A stretch of 64,000 bases of DNA, taken from NCBI GenBank assembly GCA_965206745.1, contig OZ242220.1:1216001-1280000 (forward strand), given 5' to 3'. Position numbers and translations under genes: made by a program. This DNA comes from Nitrosopumilus sp. (GTDB lineage: Archaea; Thermoproteota; Nitrososphaeria; Nitrososphaerales; Nitrosopumilaceae). Each line of letters begins with the position of its first letter. The stretch's first letter is position 1. The notes below the pieces were generated by a model. That model was not told the DNA's origin. It did not search any database and saw only the letters and a list, made by a program, of their open reading frames with translations. Of the stretch, positions 60,835-64,000 are shown piece after piece.

Positions 60835-61784
60835 ACATACTAGAAAAACAAAACTGTCCAGAATGCAAGTCTACACTAGTAGACGACATGCAGAATGGCG
60901 AAATAATCTGTTCTGGTTGCGGCGTTGTAGTCGACGATCAGATTGCAGATTTTGGTCCAGAAACAATAAGCTCCAACTTCGAAGACAAGATGAAGCTAGC
61001 AAGAGCAACAGGACAAACAACCTATTCCCAACATGATTTGGGAATAACTACTGAGATTTCAATCAGTGCAAAAGACTTTAGCGGAAAGACAATCAACCAC
61101 GAAGTCGCAAATCAAATGCACAATCTCAGAAAGTGGCAGCAAAGAGTACGGGTTTCCTCACCAAGAGAGAGAAGACTAGCAAATGTTTTAGCAAGAATGG
61201 GTGAAACATGTGACAGTCTAAATCTCTCAAGAAATGTTTTGGAAACTGCATCTATGATATACCGAAACTTGGATGGACATATCGATGTAAAGGGAAAATC
61301 AGTAGTGAGCATTACAGCGGCTACAATTTACATGGCATGCAAACAATGTGAGGTAGTAAGATCATTAGACGAGATTTGCCGAGGAATTTGTCCAGCAAAA
61401 GATGTCAAATCAAAAACAAAACTTGCAGCTAGATACTATCGAACCATGGTGATGGAAATGGGGCAAGTACACGCCCCGATTGTAACCATGGACAAATACA
61501 TCTCAAAGATAGCAAACATGACGCAGACTGAGGTAAGAGTTGAAAGACTAGCCTTGGAAATTGCAGAAAAAACCAAAGACAACAGCATTGCTGACGGAAA
61601 GGCCCCAAATGGCATAGCCGCAGCATATCTGTATGTAGCATCAGTCCTACTTGGTCAAAACGTCCTACAAAGAGACGTTTCAAGTGTTGCAGGAGTTACA
61701 GAGGTCACTATCAGAAACAGATGTAAAGAGATTCTAACATGCTACAAGCTCAAAATCACTTTGAGGCCATCTCTGACCAAATAA
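60831..61784 (+). CDS. tfb: Transcription initiation factor IIB paralogue
   Basis: CPEC..CSGCG ribbon, GKAPNGIAAAYLY, VTEVTIRNR. Confidence 0.95.
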   Translation: MNILEKQNCPECKSTLVDDMQNGEIICSGCGVVVDDQIADFGPETISSNFEDKMKLARATGQTTYSQHDLGITTEISISAKDFSGKTINHEVANQMHNLRKWQQRVRVSSPRERRLANVLARMGETCDSLNLSRNVLETASMIYRNLDGHIDVKGKSVVSITAATIYMACKQCEVVRSLDEICRGICPAKDVKSKTKLAARYYRTMVMEMGQVHAPIVTMDKYISKIANMTQTEVRVERLALEIAEKTKDNSIADGKAPNGIAAAYLYVASVLLGQNVLQRDVSSVAGVTEVTIRNRCKEILTCYKLKITLRPSLTK

Positions 61785-61880
61785 CTAAATCCCCCCCTTT
61801 TTCATTTTATTATCTGCCATTACGGTTAGGATTAGCTAAATTTCGTCGGTATTATATAGAGAATCAAAATAAACCGAGAT

Positions 61881-62651
61881 ATGGCAGTATTGGAAATCAG
61901 AGATCTTCACGTATCTAGGGAAGGCAAAGAGATCCTCAAAGGAGTCAATTTGAAGACAGGTCCCGGAGAAGTGCATGCCATAATGGGACCAAACGGTTCA
62001 GGAAAAAGCACGCTAGCATACACATTGCTTGCACATCCAAAATACGAAGTTACCAAAGGAGATATTTTGTTAGATGGGGAGAGCATCTTGGATTTATCAG
62101 CAGATCAAAGAGCAAAGAAAGGGTTGTTCCTAGGATTCCAATATCCAACCGAAGTCTCAGGGGTAGGATTTTCTCACTTTCTAAGAACAGCATACAATTC
62201 CCTAAGCAAGGCCCTTGAAGGCGACAACAGGGAGGTATTCATCACAGTCAGAGAATTTCAAAAGTATCTTAAAGAAAACCTGGAAAAAGTCGGGTTAAGA
62301 GAAGAGTTCCTTTCAAGATACCTAAACGAGGGTTTTTCAGGTGGAGAAAAGAAACGTGCAGAGGTATTGCAGATGGCAGTCTTGAAACCAAAAATTTCAA
62401 TCTTAGATGAGCCGGATTCAGGGTTGGACATAGATGCAGTTCAGGCAGTGGCGCAGGCAATTAGCAAAGTTGCAGACAAGGATGCAACAATAATCATAAT
62501 CACACACTATGCAAGAATCTTAAAATTCTTAGACAAATTGGACTTTGTTCACGTGTTTGCCAGAGGTCAGGTACTAAAGACAGGTGATTCATCACTTGCA
62601 GACAAACTTGAAGCAGAGGGTTACGAATGGGCTTTGAAACAAACAGCGTAA
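61881..62651 (+). CDS. sufC: Fe-S cluster assembly ATPase
   Basis: GPNGSGKST, FQYP, NEGFSGGEKKR, DEPDSGLDID. Confidence 0.96.
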   Translation: MAVLEIRDLHVSREGKEILKGVNLKTGPGEVHAIMGPNGSGKSTLAYTLLAHPKYEVTKGDILLDGESILDLSADQRAKKGLFLGFQYPTEVSGVGFSHFLRTAYNSLSKALEGDNREVFITVREFQKYLKENLEKVGLREEFLSRYLNEGFSGGEKKRAEVLQMAVLKPKISILDEPDSGLDIDAVQAVAQAISKVADKDATIIIITHYARILKFLDKLDFVHVFARGQVLKTGDSSLADKLEAEGYEWALKQTA

Positions 62652-62683
62652 TCAATTTTAAAGGAAATATTTTCTAAAGGCTG

Positions 62684-62896
62684 TTGATTTACAAAGTTCA
62701 TGTTGAGTTTTCAAAAGATTTTCTAAAAGTTCAAAACAATCAGATCAGTATCGGAATAAAATCAAAGCCCATCAAAGGTAGAGCAAATAAGGAGATCATA
62801 AAAAAAATTGCCAGACACTTTAGAATATCAAGCAGTCTAGTCCAAATAAAATCAGGTCATAAAGCATCAGAGAAGATAATAGAAATTTCACAGTAG
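62684..62896 (+). CDS. DUF167 (YggU) family protein
   Basis: PIKGRANKEII..IA..F...V.I.SG. Confidence 0.85.
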   Translation: MIYKVHVEFSKDFLKVQNNQISIGIKSKPIKGRANKEIIKKIARHFRISSSLVQIKSGHKASEKIIEISQ

Positions 62897-62941
62897 GGAA
62901 TCCAGTTTTTGTTTAAATAGGGTTTTAAAATTGAGTATGAC

Positions 62942-63616
62942 ATGTCAGATGAAGACAATCAATATTATTTTAATTTCTCATTTTTTAAAGTTGATCCAAA
63001 ATGGAGATGGATGGCAGACCTAGCAAAGGAAGAATCCGCAAAAGAAGTCGAGAATGTAATGAACAATTCTGGAATCATGTACAGGACATATTCAAATTTA
63101 GGACTGCGAGATGATGCTGACTTTTTGTTTTGGTTTGCAGCAAAGACAGTCAAAGAGATTCAAACGGTGATGGAAAAAATATACAAGACAGTCTTTGGAA
63201 AATACATCATCCCGTCAAGGACATATTTATCATGCACAAGGCCCTCAACGTATGTTCAAGAGCAAAAAGCCCACGGTTTCATAACAGGAAATAATCCGAA
63301 AAAGCACGTCATAGTATACCCATTTACTAAAACAAGGGAATGGTATTTACTTCCAAAAGAAAAGCGCCAGGAAATAATGGATGAGCATATCAAGGTCAGT
63401 CAGAAATACCCACAAATAATCCTCAATACGACGTACTCTTTTGGGATACATGATGAGGATTTCATGCTAGCATTTGAGGTAGACGATATCAGGGATTTCC
63501 AAGATCTGATCATGGATTTGAGGGAGACGCAGGTATCAACATATGTGAAGAACGATATTCCGATGATTGTATGTGTAAAAAAAGATATTGTACCGCTAAT
63601 ATCGAGTTTAGGATAG
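62942..63616 (+). CDS. Chlorite dismutase/coproheme decarboxylase family heme protein
   Basis: YPFTKTREWY, MDEHI, SFGIHDEDF. Confidence 0.9.
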   Translation: MSDEDNQYYFNFSFFKVDPKWRWMADLAKEESAKEVENVMNNSGIMYRTYSNLGLRDDADFLFWFAAKTVKEIQTVMEKIYKTVFGKYIIPSRTYLSCTRPSTYVQEQKAHGFITGNNPKKHVIVYPFTKTREWYLLPKEKRQEIMDEHIKVSQKYPQIILNTTYSFGIHDEDFMLAFEVDDIRDFQDLIMDLRETQVSTYVKNDIPMIVCVKKDIVPLISSLG

Positions 63617-63623
63617 ATAAGAG

Positions 63624-64000
63624 ATGAATTACAACAAGCTGGGAAAAACAGACATCAAAGTGTCCGAACTAGGGTTTGGTGCTTGGTCTATTGCATTGGA
63701 TTGGTGGGGCAAAAAAATCGAGGAGGACGAGGCAAAGAGAATGCTAAAAAAAGCATACGATTTAGGGATTAACTTTTTTGAGACTGGGGACATGTATGGA
63801 AAAGGAAAAAGTGAAAGGCTCATCGGCGAAGTTTTCAAAGACATGCGGGACCAAGTTGTAATATCTACAAAGTACGGCTATGATTTCTCAAAAGTGGAGC
63901 AGATTGGGCATAGTGAGTTGCCTCAGAAATTTGATGAGGATTTCACACGGGGGGCACTAAGAGCAAGTTTGAAGAGACTGCAGACAGACCATCTAGACAT
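63624..64000 (+). CDS. Aldo/keto reductase (runs off window end)
   Basis: MNYNKLGKTDIKVSELGFGAW, GINFFETGDMYG, STK, SLKRLQTD. Confidence 0.92.
   Translation, partial: MNYNKLGKTDIKVSELGFGAWSIALDWWGKKIEEDEAKRMLKKAYDLGINFFETGDMYGKGKSERLIGEVFKDMRDQVVISTKYGYDFSKVEQIGHSELPQKFDEDFTRGALRASLKRLQTDHLD

Noticed and set aside
61881-62651. sufC without adjacent sufB
   Set aside because: Split suf genes are not unusual, and the partner may lie elsewhere in the genome

Overview
Chromosomal segment from an ammonia-oxidising archaeon, very probably Nitrosopumilaceae (Nitrososphaerota/Thaumarchaeota). The assignment rests on TBP plus two TFB paralogues, Cdc48, EF-1beta, L40e, SRP19, Gar1, DPSL, cupredoxin proteins and typical small hypothetical proteins. 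The backbone is housekeeping: purN, purD, folD, ileS, sucCD, ppa, pepF, pdaD, DEAD-box helicase, prefoldin, XPF, truD, pth2, ctaB and sufC. There are two tRNA genes, tRNA-Val(CAC) with a non-canonical 44/45 BHB intron and tRNA-Thr(TGT). Accessory patches are: (i) an island after tRNA-Val with a deacetylase, a methyltransferase, an HTH + nucleotidyltransferase toxin-antitoxin-like pair and an IS5-like relic; (ii) after tRNA-Thr, a DsbA gene carrying about 38 tandem 12-bp repeats, then a membrane protein + wHTH pair; (iii) an AT-rich divergent DUF5131/three-Cys-partner (TcmP) module with a decayed HNH nuclease, the best candidate for an uncharacterised modification/defence system; (iv) a ~1,200-aa repetitive surface protein. 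An unannotated ~80-bp dispersed repeat occurs four times in intergenic DNA, mostly beside accessory or decayed sequence. A structured candidate ncRNA with its own TATA box lies at 24531-24600, and several pseudogenes suggest ongoing gene decay. All calls are by eye from sequence motifs; no database searches were run.
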